Origin: Mustelus asterias
Lineage: Eukaryota
DNA: 64,000 nucleotides
Assembly (NCBI RefSeq): GCF_964213995.1
Contig: NC_135819.1
Span: forward strand, 46,934,001 to 46,998,000
Direction: 5' to 3'
Part shown: positions 1 through 13,290 of the stretch, one piece after another
Layout of the letters: every line of letters starts with the position of its first letter
How positions within the stretch are numbered: position 1 is the stretch's first letter
Notes under the pieces: model-generated
Told to the model about the DNA's origin: nothing
The model's database searches: none
Seen by the model: only the letters and a program-made list of their open reading frames with translations
Program-made: the position numbers and the translations under genes

Positions 1-369
1 CACCAGCGTAAAACAGGCTGCCATTCTCCCAATGGCAGATCAGTTAACCCGCTGCCTAGTGGTACGAACACCATTTGCATTAATTTAAATCTCATAAATG
101 CTCATTAAAACAGCTGCTCGCCAGAATCGTCTCATGCTTTCCAAATTGCATCATGCCAGCACAAAATCACGCTGGCTTCAAACCCATTTGAAAAGGAACC
201 CGTGCTCAAGTCAAACCTCTGTTTGCTCGAGACTTTGTGGAGAGTGCAACATACATAGCCCACCGGCCCACCAGCTACGCCGCTCTTGTTGCACTGAATG
301 CCACACTGTTGCAGAAGAATGGTTCATGCCCTCCAGTTCCATGCTGATGTTGTCTCTCTGACTCGTTTC

Positions 370-947
370 GTGATATCATTTTAAACATTGACAGACAGGG
401 TGGTCAATGCACCCTTGTTGGACTCCAACTTCCTACCCCTCGGCCTTCTCTCTGCCTTCCATTGTTCGTCATTCTGCCCCATCATCTTTCCCCTCTACCT
501 TCCATTGTGCCCCCTTTCCCTTAATCTTGCACAGCCCTTCTTCCCCATTACCACAGCACTGTGCTGTGGGACATGTGCAGTCTCCATATTGGCTGACTGC
601 ACCCGGGGTTATGGACTGCAGGGGTCTTCTGCTCCTGGTGAGGACGCCGTTGTCTGTATGGACACCACTATGCTGCAGAACTCATGCAGCTGTCACTTTA
701 GCCAACTAAAAATTTGACCACAGATCGGGTGCGAGGTGACGGTGGGGCTGATGAAGTCAAGGATGGTAATGGGGAAGAAGGGCTGTGCAAGATTAAGGGG
801 AAGGGGGCACAATGGAAGGTAGAGGGGAAAGACGATGGGGCAGAATGACAAACAATGGAAGGCAGAGAGAAGGCCGAGGGGTAGGAAGTTGGAGTCCAAC
901 AAGGGTGCATTGACCACCCTGTCTGTCAATGTTTAAAATTATATCAC
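370..947. repeat. inverted repeat: 184-bp arms (370-553 / 764-947), 210-bp spacer
   Basis: Arms are reverse complements with about 4 mismatches; explains the twin ORFs 388..717(+) and 693..929(-). Confidence 0.95.
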
Positions 948-2440
948 TGTTTACTGGGAGGGGATGCACACAAACTCTGGTACGGGCGGGGGCAGAGTCT
1001 CATTAATGTAGCATATTAGGAATGGTTCACACCAAGACTCAGAAGTTGGGGGTGCTGTGGTTTGGGAGATCACTGTTGTCCTTAGTCCTCATTGCAAGGG
1101 AAACTATGTGATGGTTTTTGTTTTTGTTCAGGGGTTTTCAGACAGGAATCAGAGTGCAGACATTCCTGTTGCTACAAGGAAACGAGTCAGAGATGACAGA
1201 TAGACCAGGGGCTATGTGGACCTCACAGTCAAGAGACAGGAGACAGTGCAGAAGTAACAATCAGTGGGAGCATAGTGTAATCCAGCTGCAGCGAGGGACA
1301 ATGATGGGGTGCAGTATTATTGGGGGAGGCTGGAGAATATCAGGAGGTAGATCTACCTTCATATCATGAGGTTCCAGGTAAATTGGAGGTGCGCAGACAG
1401 TGAGGGAGAGAACATCGAACTCTGTTTGAGATGTAGCAGCACAAGTTTGAAGTGCCTGAACAGTGGCATCCAGCAAAAACAAAAATAACATCAGTTCTCT
1501 CAGAGAGAGGTATGAGGCACTGCTAAGCTAGACCATGGGGCTACTTCTTGGGGTGCACAGTTACTTGTTGGTGCCGCCACAGTAGACAGATCCAGGTCAG
1601 TTATAAAGGAGAGGGGTCTCAATGCCTAGGAAGCAACTGTAAGCCAATCATTTCCTTCAGTGCTGTTAAAGGGATAGACAGAACTCAAGCTTCACATCAA
1701 AGTCTCAACAACGGTAGAGTATAAGGTAGGAACGCAGCCTTGGAGAATGAAGGCAAGAGTGAAGGGGGCACAGCTACATCATGTCTGGCATCCCATCAAT
1801 GAAGGGTAGTCATGGGTTCACAATGAATACCATTCATCATTAGCCAAACTGCTTCCACTCATTGACCATGAGCAACTGAAAGGTCATCAGTATGCCACGT
1901 CAAAGAATGGAGAGCAGGGCTACTTTGGTTTAATCATTTCACACTTTATAATCCCACAGAAGGCTCCAGATGTCACATTTCTGGAATGGAATGTTGCTCA
2001 CCTCAACGTGTGTGAGCATCTCAGGAGCAAGGCTGCATCAGGCACAATGTTGTGGAGCCTGGACAATTCCCATAGGGAGAGCTTCCCTTTTTGCACTCTT
2101 TATTCATTGTTGTCTTCAATGTTTCATTTCAGACAGAAAGCAAAAGGACAAATATATCCAGGGCTAAATACTCAGAGTCCTCATTCAATGGGGGTGGCGA
2201 AGGAGGGAGAGGTGTCACCATGTGCAGTTCCAGCAGGAGGCATCAGCTGGGGACATGGCCAAGCGGAGCCAGAGCATGAACAGGAAAGAGAGTAGGAAAG
2301 GCCCAGATAGTGGAGGTGACTCGTCAGATCAAGCATTTATAGTCAAAGAGTATCCTACTTACAAATCAATGAGATGCAGTGCCAGACATGTCTGTGCTTG
2401 TTCCAAGAACTCATACATCACATATGCTACATTTTTCCTA

Positions 2441-2660
2441 CACAGTGGTTAGCACTGTTGCCTCACAGCTCCAGGGACCCGGCTTCGATTCTCGGGTTTC
2501 TCCTCTCAGTCCAAAAGATGTGCTGGTTAGGTGCATTGGCCATCCTAAATTCTCCCTCAATGTACCCAAACAGGCATAGGAGCATAGTGACTAGAGAATT
2601 TTCACAGTAACTTCATTGCAGTGTTAATGTAAGCCTACTTGTTTCACTAATAAACTTTTA
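2441..2660 (+). mobile_element. tRNA-derived SINE (HE1/V-SINE-like head, tail type B), internally deleted
   Basis: CACAGTGGTTAGCACTG head; ...CAGTAACTTCATTGCAGTGTTAATGTAAGCC tail shared with other copies. Confidence 0.85.
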
Positions 2661-4499
2661 AAGGATCCGGAAACTAGTTTCACTGAGTTTCATGTCATTG
2701 GAATGGATATCTGAGCAGGAGGATGGCTAAACCTTGATGCAAGAGAATTCCAAAATGCAAATTCACAATGCCTTCAGTTGACTAAAACATTCACATATCC
2801 ATCAATGACAACAAAAAAGTGCAATTTATTTAGTGATAGCACCCCCAATAGCACACCAATGAACCAGAAGTGACATCAAAATTTTTTGAAACTTTTTAAC
2901 CCTGCCGCTATGCCTCAGTGCAGTCCTGACGTCTGCAGCAGAGGTGGAGGCAGCCTGCTAATTGCTATGTCTGATGCCTATGATGACCTTGGCAGCTGCC
3001 CTCCAGTAGCTCAAGGCCTGGAGGGCCCCGCCTGATAAGGGTCTCCTGCTCAGGGCAGAAGCACCCTCAGTAGTCTGTGTTACTGGAGCGCGGGCGGGTA
3101 CAGGCAGAGGTAGCCTCGCATCCTTGGGAGTGTTCGAAAAGTATTAGCCCTCAGGGTATCCTACCGACAGTCAGCACCCCAGGCTGCCTGCTGCAAGATG
3201 GTGCACCTGGACGGAGGCCAAGCTGCCTCGTCCCCATGTTGCCTACATCCTGATGGTGCCCACCAGGGTGTGGGTTGTGGAGTCCAGGACTGAGCACAAA
3301 TCTGACAAGACTTACTGGCACAAGCTCTCCATGATGGAGCAGCTTGATAAATGGGATGGTGGTGATATGCAACTGTCCACAAGAGAAGAGTGTTGGTATC
3401 CGTCCCCATTGATGGATGAGAGATATCTGTGAAGAGAGCACTGGATGCACGTTTGATACTGGACGGAGCCAAAAGGAGACTGACTCTGCCACTGTGTGGT
3501 GCTTCTGCCACAGTTGCCAGCCAGGCTGGCAAATGAGGTGCGATTCAGGTGCTTCTTGAAGCCACCCCACAGGCATAGGACACACTTTACGTCCGAAGTC
3601 CTTGGATCAAGGTCTCAAGAGCTTGGTGGTTGAAGGGGGGTGCTGCCACCTTCTTCAGGCCTTTTGCTTCTGGCTGGATGCCACCTTTAACAGTCTCGTG
3701 AAGACAGGTGGCCTGGAAAGTGTGATACAAAAATGTGTTGGACTGGTGTTTAAATATGGTTTTAGGACATTCGAACCCACCAGCTGACAGACAACTCAGC
3801 TCCAAACCCCTGAGGTGTTTCAGAGAGATACTCACCTGTGCATATTTCAACCGCAAAATGGGGTGCAAATTCCTGTCATTCCAGCCAGCGGGAAGGGCAC
3901 CACCAGAACCACCCACCACCACACTTAGACAAATAACTAGAAAATTCCATCCGAGGAATGGAGAATGTGTGCATTGTTGCTTGGGGTAGGCATCCTCCAT
4001 CGGTACCTGTCTTTCTTCCTCCACATTCTCAAGGCGTGACAACCCTCACCACTTTAGCAGAGATGCCAGTTTTCTTCACCTCTTATTCTGCTGCACATCT
4101 ATTCTGGACTACCTTTTGTTTACAGGGTAATATCGCAATATGGGATCGTGTCCTAGTACGGTTTTACTATTTAATCATTCCTGCCTTCAGGGTATTACAG
4201 ACAATTCCCCTTTGTGCTTTCCATCCACAACTCTGCCTTTGTTGTGTGACTGCTTAAAAGCTATTCTTCTCCAAGAATCTGCAGATTCTAATGAAAAGTC
4301 ATTGACCTGAAAAATTAACACCTTTTCTATCTCTACAGATGCTACCCAGCCTGCTGAGTGCTTCTGGAATTTTCTGTTTTTATTTCACACGAATTATGTT
4401 TATCCACCCTTAATTTTTTTTAAAATCAGGTATTTATATTGTAGCTCAGGCATCAAATAAAATGGCATTGCTGCAATGTGCCTCCGTATCAGGAAACTG

Positions 4500-4860
4500 T
4501 GAACAGGTTGAGGCTCTTTTCACTTTCAAAGAGAGAAACAAAAGTGACTTGATGGGGTCTTTAAAGTTATGAAAGGGTTGATAGATTAGATGCAAAGATG
4601 TTTCCACTTGCAGGGGAGACCAAAGTTTTGGTCATTAGTTTAAGATAATCACTAAAATATCCAAGAAGAAATTTAGGAGAAACTTCCTTACCCAGAGAGT
4701 GGTTTACAAGGTGTAACTTGCTGCTGCAGGAAGTAGTTGAGGTGACTAAGGGGCAGCTAGATAAGCATAAGGGAGAAAAGAGCATTTGGATTTGTTGATG
4801 GGGTTAGATGAAAAGAATTGGGAGATGGTTCATGTGGAGGATAAACACCAGCATGGACCT
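4500..4860 (+). mobile_element. decayed CR1 LINE 3' end
   Basis: Similar to the 3' portions of the CR1 copies at 25.8-26.2 kb and 59.8-60.1 kb. Confidence 0.6.
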
Positions 4861-4864
4861 CAAC

Positions 4865-5135
4865 GCGGCACAGTGGTTAGCACTGCTGCTTCACAGCGCC
4901 AGGGGCCTGGGTTCAATTCCCAGCTTGGGTCACTGTCTGTGTGGAGTTTGCATGTTCTCCCCATGTCTGTGTGGGTTTCCTCCGGGTGCTGCAGTTTCCT
5001 CCCACATTCTGAAAGATGTGCTGGTTAGAAGCATTGACCCAAACAGGCACCGGACTGTGGCGACGAGGGGAATTTCACAGTAACTTCATTGCAGTGTTAA
5101 TGTAAGCCTTACTTGTGACTAATAAATAAACTTTA
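4865..5135 (+). mobile_element. tRNA-derived SINE (tail type B), near full length
   Basis: A box/B box (GGTTCAATTCC), conserved central domain, AATAAATAAAC end. Confidence 0.9.
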
Positions 5136-6199
5136 ACTCTTGGGCCTCCTCCTGTACTGCAAATACTAAAAGATATGTAACCTCAATACTTTTCTGCAAT
5201 GAATTTCACCTGCCTTGTGTCAGCCCAATCCATCAACCAGTCTGTAAGCCATTCATGGTTAATAATGTCCCCAGAGGTCCAGACCTCATCCTTTTAACAT
5301 GACCATCTAATTTTGGCAGGGCAACATCAATGTTTGACGCATCACTGCTTCAGTACAGGTCAAATACAAATCAAGTCATCAATTGCTATGTTTAAACCTG
5401 AAAAATCATTGCTTTTCTTTAAAAAGACAGGCTAATTTCTGGAAATACAACACTTATTTATCAATCTTTCACAGAATAACTAAATAATAATTCTCTAATT
5501 TATCTTAAAATTCCTTTAAAAATAAAATTAAACTTGATTTTTTCTGTGTTTACTTTGCTTTGTGCATACCATATAATGTTCAAATTTAAGATCAATGACT
5601 TACAGTAGGTATTAATGCTCTGAATGTTACCAATCATTAATATTTTCATCTCATGCTATCAGATAAAACTTATACTCATGATTTCACTTGGTAAAGGGAC
5701 AAGAAATAATTATCTTCAATTGCCAAATACAGTGTGTGCAGATCTCCTCTCCTGAGATGTGGCAAATGTACAAAATATTTTATGTAACTAGACAACGAGG
5801 CTAAATTATTGATGAAATGGTCATCAATAAAATAATTACCGTCTCCCAGACAAGATATATAATTTTGTTGTAAAGATGTAACTGTGAAAGGAAGGTGAGC
5901 CACACTTGGTCACAATATTTAATTAGCTTAAAAACAGCTTTAATTTCAAAAGGAAGTCAATCAAATTTTAGTGATAGATTTATTTTTCAAATACTTGCCC
6001 ATCGATGCAGCTGATATTTTTCTCTCTAGATTAGGTCAATTGAACCCCAAATGTATTTGTTTTTTAAACATTCTTAGTTAACAAACCAAATATTTATTGA
6101 ACTTGGGGAAAGAAAATACACCCCTTTGCACAAAGAATTGGACAAATCCATTATGCTTAGCAAATCAAAACAAATGCATACACTGCAATTCTCTGCAGT

Positions 6200-6555
6200 A
6201 AAGAGAAGCAATGAGTCAAGCTGTCATCCGATGAATGCCGCCCACAATTACTTCATGCTGCCTTACCACTCCAAACGGGCTAAATCTGAATGTGATCTCC
6301 AGAGACAGAAGGCTGCAGCATGCTACTTTCACTGGACATTTTCAGAAGCTTATTGATTGCTTAGTTTAGAGAAGCAACAGCAACCTACTGTTATAGGCTC
6401 ACAAACTCGTCAATATTATATGCTAAAATAATAGCAATAGAAAGCTGGTTTTGTTGAAAGGATCAGCTTCAAAAACAGCTCTGATGAGCGTCTTCATGTT
6501 GTACTCTGCTAACAAAAGGATTGTGCATACAGAATGTTTTTGGTGTTCAGCTAAG
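6200..6555 (+). other. GPR22: probable GPR22 non-coding exon 1 (5' boundary uncertain)
   Basis: Non-repetitive block ending in a consensus donor AAG|GTAAGA at 6555/6556, upstream of the GPR22 CDS; the mammalian gene has non-coding upstream exons. Confidence 0.5.
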
Positions 6556-7718
6556 GTAAGATTCCTTTAATTTTCTATGTTATCAAAGTAGCTAAGGACG
6601 CACAATTTGGTGCTAACATTTGAACTAGCTTGTATTAAGAGTTAATGTTTCTGATAAATATTTCATGAATACAATACCAAAAGATAATTTATGACAATTT
6701 TACTCTTCATTATATAACCAAGCTCCAAGTAGTAAATTAGAAAGGATACCAATACTTTTATCGATGTCAATAAAATGAACATTCCCAAGTAGAAGTGCAA
6801 TTAAATATTGTTTTCTAACAATGGAGCATTATACCTGCAAAGCAATTACAATGAGCTTTGGTAACAAGTTGAAGGAGCTATGATTGACTTTTGCCAATTT
6901 GAACAACTGTTTAAATGGCTAGACAGTAAAGCATTTTTTTTTTGGAAAACACATTTTGCATATCGGCCTGGGGGAAGATTTCCATACAAGAATATTTCGA
7001 TTTCCTCTACCTCAGTTTTATTTGGATAAATTATCTGTATTATCTTTACTTAAATGACAGTTTTGGATTAATTACAATCCTAGATCTGTCACATTGATTT
7101 TGTCCACTATACAAAGGAAATTAGCAATTCTGGTCCAAGCTGTTAATGTTACATTTTATCATCTGACATTATAATAGTTTCTATTTCATTTTATTCTTCA
7201 TATCCTTGTAATATTAAGTTTACTGAATTATCTTTGACAATTAATTTACAAAAATATTCAACATCACAATTTTGAACTCATCTTATTTGCATGCATTGTG
7301 TCGCATAATATAAAATTTATTTACATTCACAAAATTACTTCTATTCATACAACATAATTTTACTGTTTTATACTCTGCAAATCATAGTTTCACTAAGATT
7401 TTAAATTATTATTCTTCTGCCAGAATTATGCATGTTTTATTGATAGAACTTACCACTTCATTCTTGCTTTGCCTCCTTCCTAATTTACCCTGCTATATCC
7501 AAAGTTCTTTCTCAGTCAGGAGGCTAGTATTCTAATAATGCACAGATCTTGCAATGTATTCATGTCGCTCCTCAAATAACATGTTTGTAGGCACACAGGT
7601 GATAAGGTTTCCTAGGACACTTAGACAAGGCTGGCAAACCAGTTTATTGAACAACGCCAAGTATGAAGTTTAGTGAAAAATCAGGATTCAAATTCTTTGA
7701 ACTGCTGCTTACTAGTTT

Positions 7719-7903
7719 GGGCAGGATTTTCCAGCCCTTCCTGCCGGCGTGATTTTCCTGTCCTGCCAAGTTCCCACACAAAGGGCCATCGATTTTGGTG
7801 GGAAAGGTAGATCCAGCTGGCAGCCAATGGCTTGTTGCCTTCATTGTTGAAAAACACGCCTCAGGGGAGGGGGTGTTGAGGGAGAGAGTGGGAAATCCTG
7901 GCC
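7719..7903. mobile_element. MITE / non-autonomous DNA transposon
   Basis: 15-bp imperfect TIRs GGGCAGGATTTTCCA ... TGGGAAATCCTGGCC; 185 bp GC-richer island in AT-rich intron. Confidence 0.65.
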
Positions 7904-8240
7904 AAAATGTCTAAGCATACTGGTGTTACAGCTGTCACGTCACAAGATTACATGCAAGTCCAACACAATAATACCGAATGGAAAATAATGATGATGATTT
8001 TTATATAAAACTTAGCACCCTCCAAAACAATTCACAAACTTACCTTTTTAAAATTTCAGATGTTTTCAAAATAAGATAGCCAACATGCAAAGAAGTCATC
8101 TAGGAATGGGGAATTTAATTTAGTGTGGGTTTAACAATCTCTTAGTCTGAAAATGTACACCAGAAACTTTAACAGGCAACCTTTGTTGCGTTAGGTATAC
8201 AGAACATTATTTGACCAAAATTGTTCTCTCATTTTTGTAG

Positions 8241-9166
8241 GAAAGTTGAAAACTAAACTACGCAGAAGGACACAATATTTATGAATACACCTATAGGCTG
8301 CAGCAGAAATTCAAAAACCCCATCACTGATATCAGGCACGTGTTATCAGCTGAAGAGGGTCGCATAAATGGCCCAGATTATTTGAAAACATATGGAATAT
8401 TCTGATATTATGAAGAAACCTAATACAATTTGAAATCATCTATCATCTAGTTTGACTTTGAAAAGGCATTAAGACTGTCAGATTCTTCTATGCTCCTCGC
8501 TACCATTTTACTGAAGTGTTATGGGAACTCCCTTGAGGAGATATTAAAAACTGAAAACTTGAGAAACAAGAACAGAATCTGGAAAACGGCAACTCAAACA
8601 GCTAATTTAGTTCCATGTAACCCAGTCCATGTTTTGTTCTAGATAAACTAATTTTGCATCCTAATTATGCAAACTACTTTCAATTCTCATTAGAGAGAAA
8701 GAACATTTATATTCAGCAACTGAAGAATCTCAAAGGAGTGCATAGATGTTATTATTAGAAGTGTATGATTAGTATTTAATACACAGCATATTTTGGAATT
8801 TATTAACATTGAACATTACTGAAATTAAAAAGAACTTAACAAAGATGCTGAAATCTGACAGAAATGGAAATGGCACACGGCATCTGTGTTGAAAGTGCAG
8901 TTTATATTTCTTCAATGGCTGAATCACTAATACATTGGCAGTTATACTATTAACTGAAGAAGTGACCAGAACAACTTTTCAAAACATAAATTAAGAGTCT
9001 CATAGTTAAATGGATACAATGGATGGGATACAAATAGTTGAGCTTTGGGTCCAAAGTCAGATGCCATATTACAACAATGATGATGCCAAATGAAGTATTC
9101 CATTTTAATTTTATGACATTGCTCATCAGATTGGTCTCAGAAGCTACAGAAAAATCTAGGGAAAAG
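8241..9166 (+). other. GPR22: probable long GPR22 non-coding exon 2
   Basis: Acceptor TCTCTCATTTTTGTAG ending 8240 and perfect donor AAG|GTAAGT at 9166/9167; repeat-free interval. Confidence 0.45.
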
Positions 9167-11961
9167 GTAAGTCACAAAATAAATTATTTGCTATTAAAAA
9201 TATACTGCAAAGACAATTCTTCAAAATATATTTTTAGGTTAGTTAACTTCTCAACAGTTTTTTTCTGGGTCTGTGCCCAAATAATCCTGAAAATTAAAAA
9301 ACAAAACATTTTAACTCTTCCTGGAATAGCCATCTTCCAGATATCTATGTCTGGAACAAATTTTCTCTTTGTACTATTGTTAGGTGCAAATTGCTCCGCT
9401 GGACACAATTTAGGCCATGATTAACCTTCATCTGTTCTAAAGTAATTCCCCATCAATTTATGGTGCAGATATGATACAGTTCAGGAGTTACTCACTGAAA
9501 ATTAATTTCATACAATGTTATTTCAAGATCATTCACATCAAATATAAATTGTACCGAGATTTACAAGAATCCAATAGGGTTTCAAATATCTGATGGGAAT
9601 ACTAATTCCAGCAAGGTTAATTAGTTCAGCTGCATGTTAGGCGGCAGTTTTCATGGCTACTTCAAAAATTTCATGTTAGCTGCAGGTAATTTTTCCCTCT
9701 TGACATTACACAAAAGGAAATACAGTGGCCTGGAAAACTAATTTTATATCTACGCAATGTCAATTTTTTCCATTATGATAAGAATTCCACAGATTTAATA
9801 TAATAAATTTTAAGAATTTTTAAAATTATATTTCAGCTTCTAATGTATATTTCACTCTCTAAGATTTCTACACAGTGATGGAAGATCGATACATTGTACT
9901 TCCTGGTTTGCTCAAATCCCAGTTGTGGATTCCCAATGTAATACTGATTCTCCCTCCTGCGTAGCAATATACCTCAGCAGTACAAATACAGTAAAACCTC
10001 CCTAGGCACTTCACTTGAGCATTATCAAACAAAAATGTGCTACCGAGCAACTAAAAGGAGATATTAAGGCCAGGTGACCAGAAGCTTGATCAAAGAGGTA
10101 GGGAGGGAAAGAGGTTTAGAAGGGGAATTCCAGAAATTAGGACTTTGGCAGCTGAAAGCACAGCCACCAATGGTGAAGCAATTAAAATGTTAGAGACCAG
10201 GCTTGTAGGAATATTTTGGAAGAGTTGTGGAGCTGGAGAAGTTCAGAGGTATGGAGAGTCGAGGCCATGGAGAGATCTGAAAACAAAGTGAACACAGAAA
10301 ATGGTCGAAGTAGCTTACCTCCCAGAAACACTGCAGATTTTTCTTGCAGTAGAACTGAGGTTAGAACTTAAAACCACACAAAAGGAGAGGTGTGAATGTA
10401 AATGATGCAGAGGAAAATGGATTCTTTAGAAACTCGTGCAAGAAGGCATGTGGGTTAATCACAAACATGAGTGAGGGAGATTTAAATTCTAGGTCAGAGT
10501 TATGAAGGAAAAGTGAAAGAGAAAATGTAAACACAAACTTTTCAGTTGTGAAGATAGCAAATTGTCATTGTTTGCCATAATTCCAGCCATGTAAGTGACA
10601 CAAACTACTGCCATCCACACTTAAACAATTTAATACAAAAATCCACAAATAATTGTCAACGATTCCCTGGTCCTCCACAGGATAAACTGAAGTCACTGCT
10701 TATGACACTTTTTTTTAAAAGAAATCACTGAAATTATCAGGATTTCTCCTTTTATGCTGTAACATTGCTGTTATCCCAACCCCCCCCCCCCCCCCCCCCC
10801 CCCACCACCACACAACAGTTATGTCTTGGTAACGAGGTGTAACTGTGTTTTCAGCAGTATACAAAGTCAGAAGTATTGAAGAAACTCGCTGGCCTAGCAA
10901 ACTAATTTAAATGTGTAATGTCATTTTTTTCTATTATGATAATAATTCCATAGTATTAATCTAATAAGCTTTAATACAAAGTTTTTTTTTTAAAAGTGTG
11001 ATATTTCAGCTTCTAATGTGTATGTCCAAATCTTTATTTCATTCTCTAAGATTACTAAAAGGTGATGGATGATCAATACATTTTACTTCCTGGTTTGCTG
11101 TCAATGAGAATTCTTCAATGTGATTGACTACCTATACTGCTTGATGAAATCACTTTAGCTGGACATCCGGAGATTCCCTTGACTTGGTACCAGATTTAAA
11201 GAAAAATGGAAATCCATGGCACACATGTCGCAATATCTTTACAGGCATCATTTCCTGAGGTCAGTGGCAAGCACATTTTGCTGTTTGCAAAATCCAGACC
11301 ACTGAGTAAACACATTGCATTTTGTTTTACTGAAACCATCAACTCCAAATCCTCCCACTTGTATCTATATTAACTGGTGAATGCATACATCATGGTTACT
11401 AAAGAGCAAGAGGAAGAGGCCGGATGAGAGTCCTGGATTTTAATTAACAACATTAAAAATAGATGATGGTGTACACTTATTATTCATTCATATATGAACC
11501 ATGTAAACACATGAACAACTTTCCAAGCATTTGTCTGAAACCCTTTCCCATACCAAGCCAAACAGCTTATTTGTTTACTTGCCTGGATTACTTATGTCAA
11601 TACACACCTGTGCCTAATTCAAATATTAAGTGCAAATATTTATGATGTTAAAAAAGAGTTCAAATAAGTAACCCACAATGTTGATTTGTTTTTTGCAATT
11701 CTTTCATCATCATTGCAGCATTTTTTTCTATTTGTGATTAATGTACATCTTCCAACTTGCATGTTGCTGACCAAATATGGCCAGAAGAGGGCAGCAGCAT
11801 GACACCTTTAAACATTATTCCGGCAATTCCAAACTACGTCATTTTGTTTTTTATACAGTTGCTTATACTTGCACATTTAATTCCTGAAGGTGCAATTGGA
11901 TAGCAATAAAGAACAGTATCTCTCGCCAATTGTTTCCTTTCCCATCCCAGATACACAATTT

Positions 11962-12260
11962 TAAAGTTTATTTATTAGTATCACAAGTAGGCTTACATCA
12001 ACACTGCAACATAGTTACTGTGAAAATCCCCCAGTCACCATATTCTGGTGCCTGTTCAGGTACACTGAGGGAGAATTTAGCATGGCCAATGCACCTATCC
12101 AGCATGTCTTTTGGACTGTGCGAGGAAACGGGAGCACCCAGACGAAACTCGCGCAGACATGGGGAGAACGTGTAGACTCCACAGACAGTGACTCAAGCCA
12201 GGAATCGAACCCAGGTCCCTGCCGTTGTGAGGCAGCAGTGCTAACTACTGTGCCACCGTG
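11962..12260 (-). mobile_element. tRNA-derived SINE (tail type B)
   Basis: Reverse complement of the 4865-5135 family. Confidence 0.9.
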
Positions 12261-12544
12261 GTCACCACTGCTGAGATTAGCTAACCGAAGTACCAGCTAA
12301 TTTCCATGGATCAGGCAATCTAATATGGTACATTTGACCATTTTGGCAACAAAAGAATTGCCTAGAGAATTATTTTTTTCATGAAAACATTTTAAGTAAA
12401 TATTTTAACATAGGACATAAGAGCAGGAGTAGGTCATTTGGCCCTTTGGGCCTGTTCTGCCATTCAATAAGATCATTGCTGATCTTACTGTGGTCTTGAC
12501 TCGACCTTCCTTTTGCCCATCCAACTCAGCCTTGAATAGATTAA

Positions 12545-13205
12545 ATGCCATCAAGCCAAAAAGACATTCGACCTACCTCACAAACGAGTAATATAGGATA
12601 TGAATTTCAGCACTGGTGTGATCCAACCATTGGTGGATCATACAAAACAACATATCTCTTTGGCTACTCGCAACAGGCAAAGTACTGACCGCACTCAACT
12701 AGCCCATGCTTGCAAAACTCACAACCGAGGTGTCAGACATTACAAGTGATTCTGTGACTGGGCAGCACTTGCGAAACGATCCAAACCGTGCTGAGAAGTA
12801 CACTGCCAACCAATTTAAGATAATCAGTCATGTTCAGAATGTGGCTCACCTGTGTGTGTAAGAAGCTACATATACTCACACATGGGACCCTGTACTTTGC
12901 AGAAAGAATTGTACCACGCATTGTATCTTTTTCAATTGAATAAAAGCTCGAGGGACGACCAGTCCCTGGATAATTCCTTATAGCAATGTGTAAACCAATC
13001 ACGGTTGACCTGCGTGGTTTGAATTCAAACAAAAGCTTGGCAGTTAACTTTTCCCTGGTGCATTCTCCACATGAATGCCTCTACCAATAGAGCCCATTTT
13101 CCAGCCAACCAGCACCCTCTTCCAAGCAGTATAAATTGTTGTTCCCTCTGATAAATGGTATTCTTGTGAATTGGTCCTGATGAGTGCAAGAAGTTTCAAC
13201 AGCAT
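12545..13205 (+). mobile_element. Penelope-like element 3' fragment (GIY-YIG remnant plus terminal repeat)
   Basis: Remnants such as YEFQ, DS.TGQHL and EATY.HT..PVLCRK; ends in a CTGATGAG hammerhead-like box. Confidence 0.6.
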
Positions 13206-13290
13206 GACTATTTTTTAAAAACAAAAAACAGTAGAGCTTAAAATTCTTGTTTACATTTTCAGGAATGATCAAAATCATCATCTACAAAGA

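Larger units (their letters stand above)
1..3120. mobile_element. heavily decayed DNA-transposon-like region, possibly PIF/Harbinger
   Basis: GC-richer than the flanks; remnant peptide EVTVGL near 733-750 resembles the HARBI1-type KVTVAL segment; no intact ORF. Confidence 0.3.

Noticed and set aside
3150-4260. Cluster of 100-150 aa ORFs on both strands
   Set aside because: No convincing motif; a faint CPLC-like trace suggests decayed retroelement but too weak to call
4865-4930. tRNA gene-like sequence (A and B boxes)
   Set aside because: It is the tRNA-derived head of a multi-copy SINE; no complete cloverleaf
1-13000. COG5 exon 7 (DYLSQGIDLSG...)
   Set aside because: Not found by eye on the minus strand; presumably left of the window, though a miss cannot be excluded
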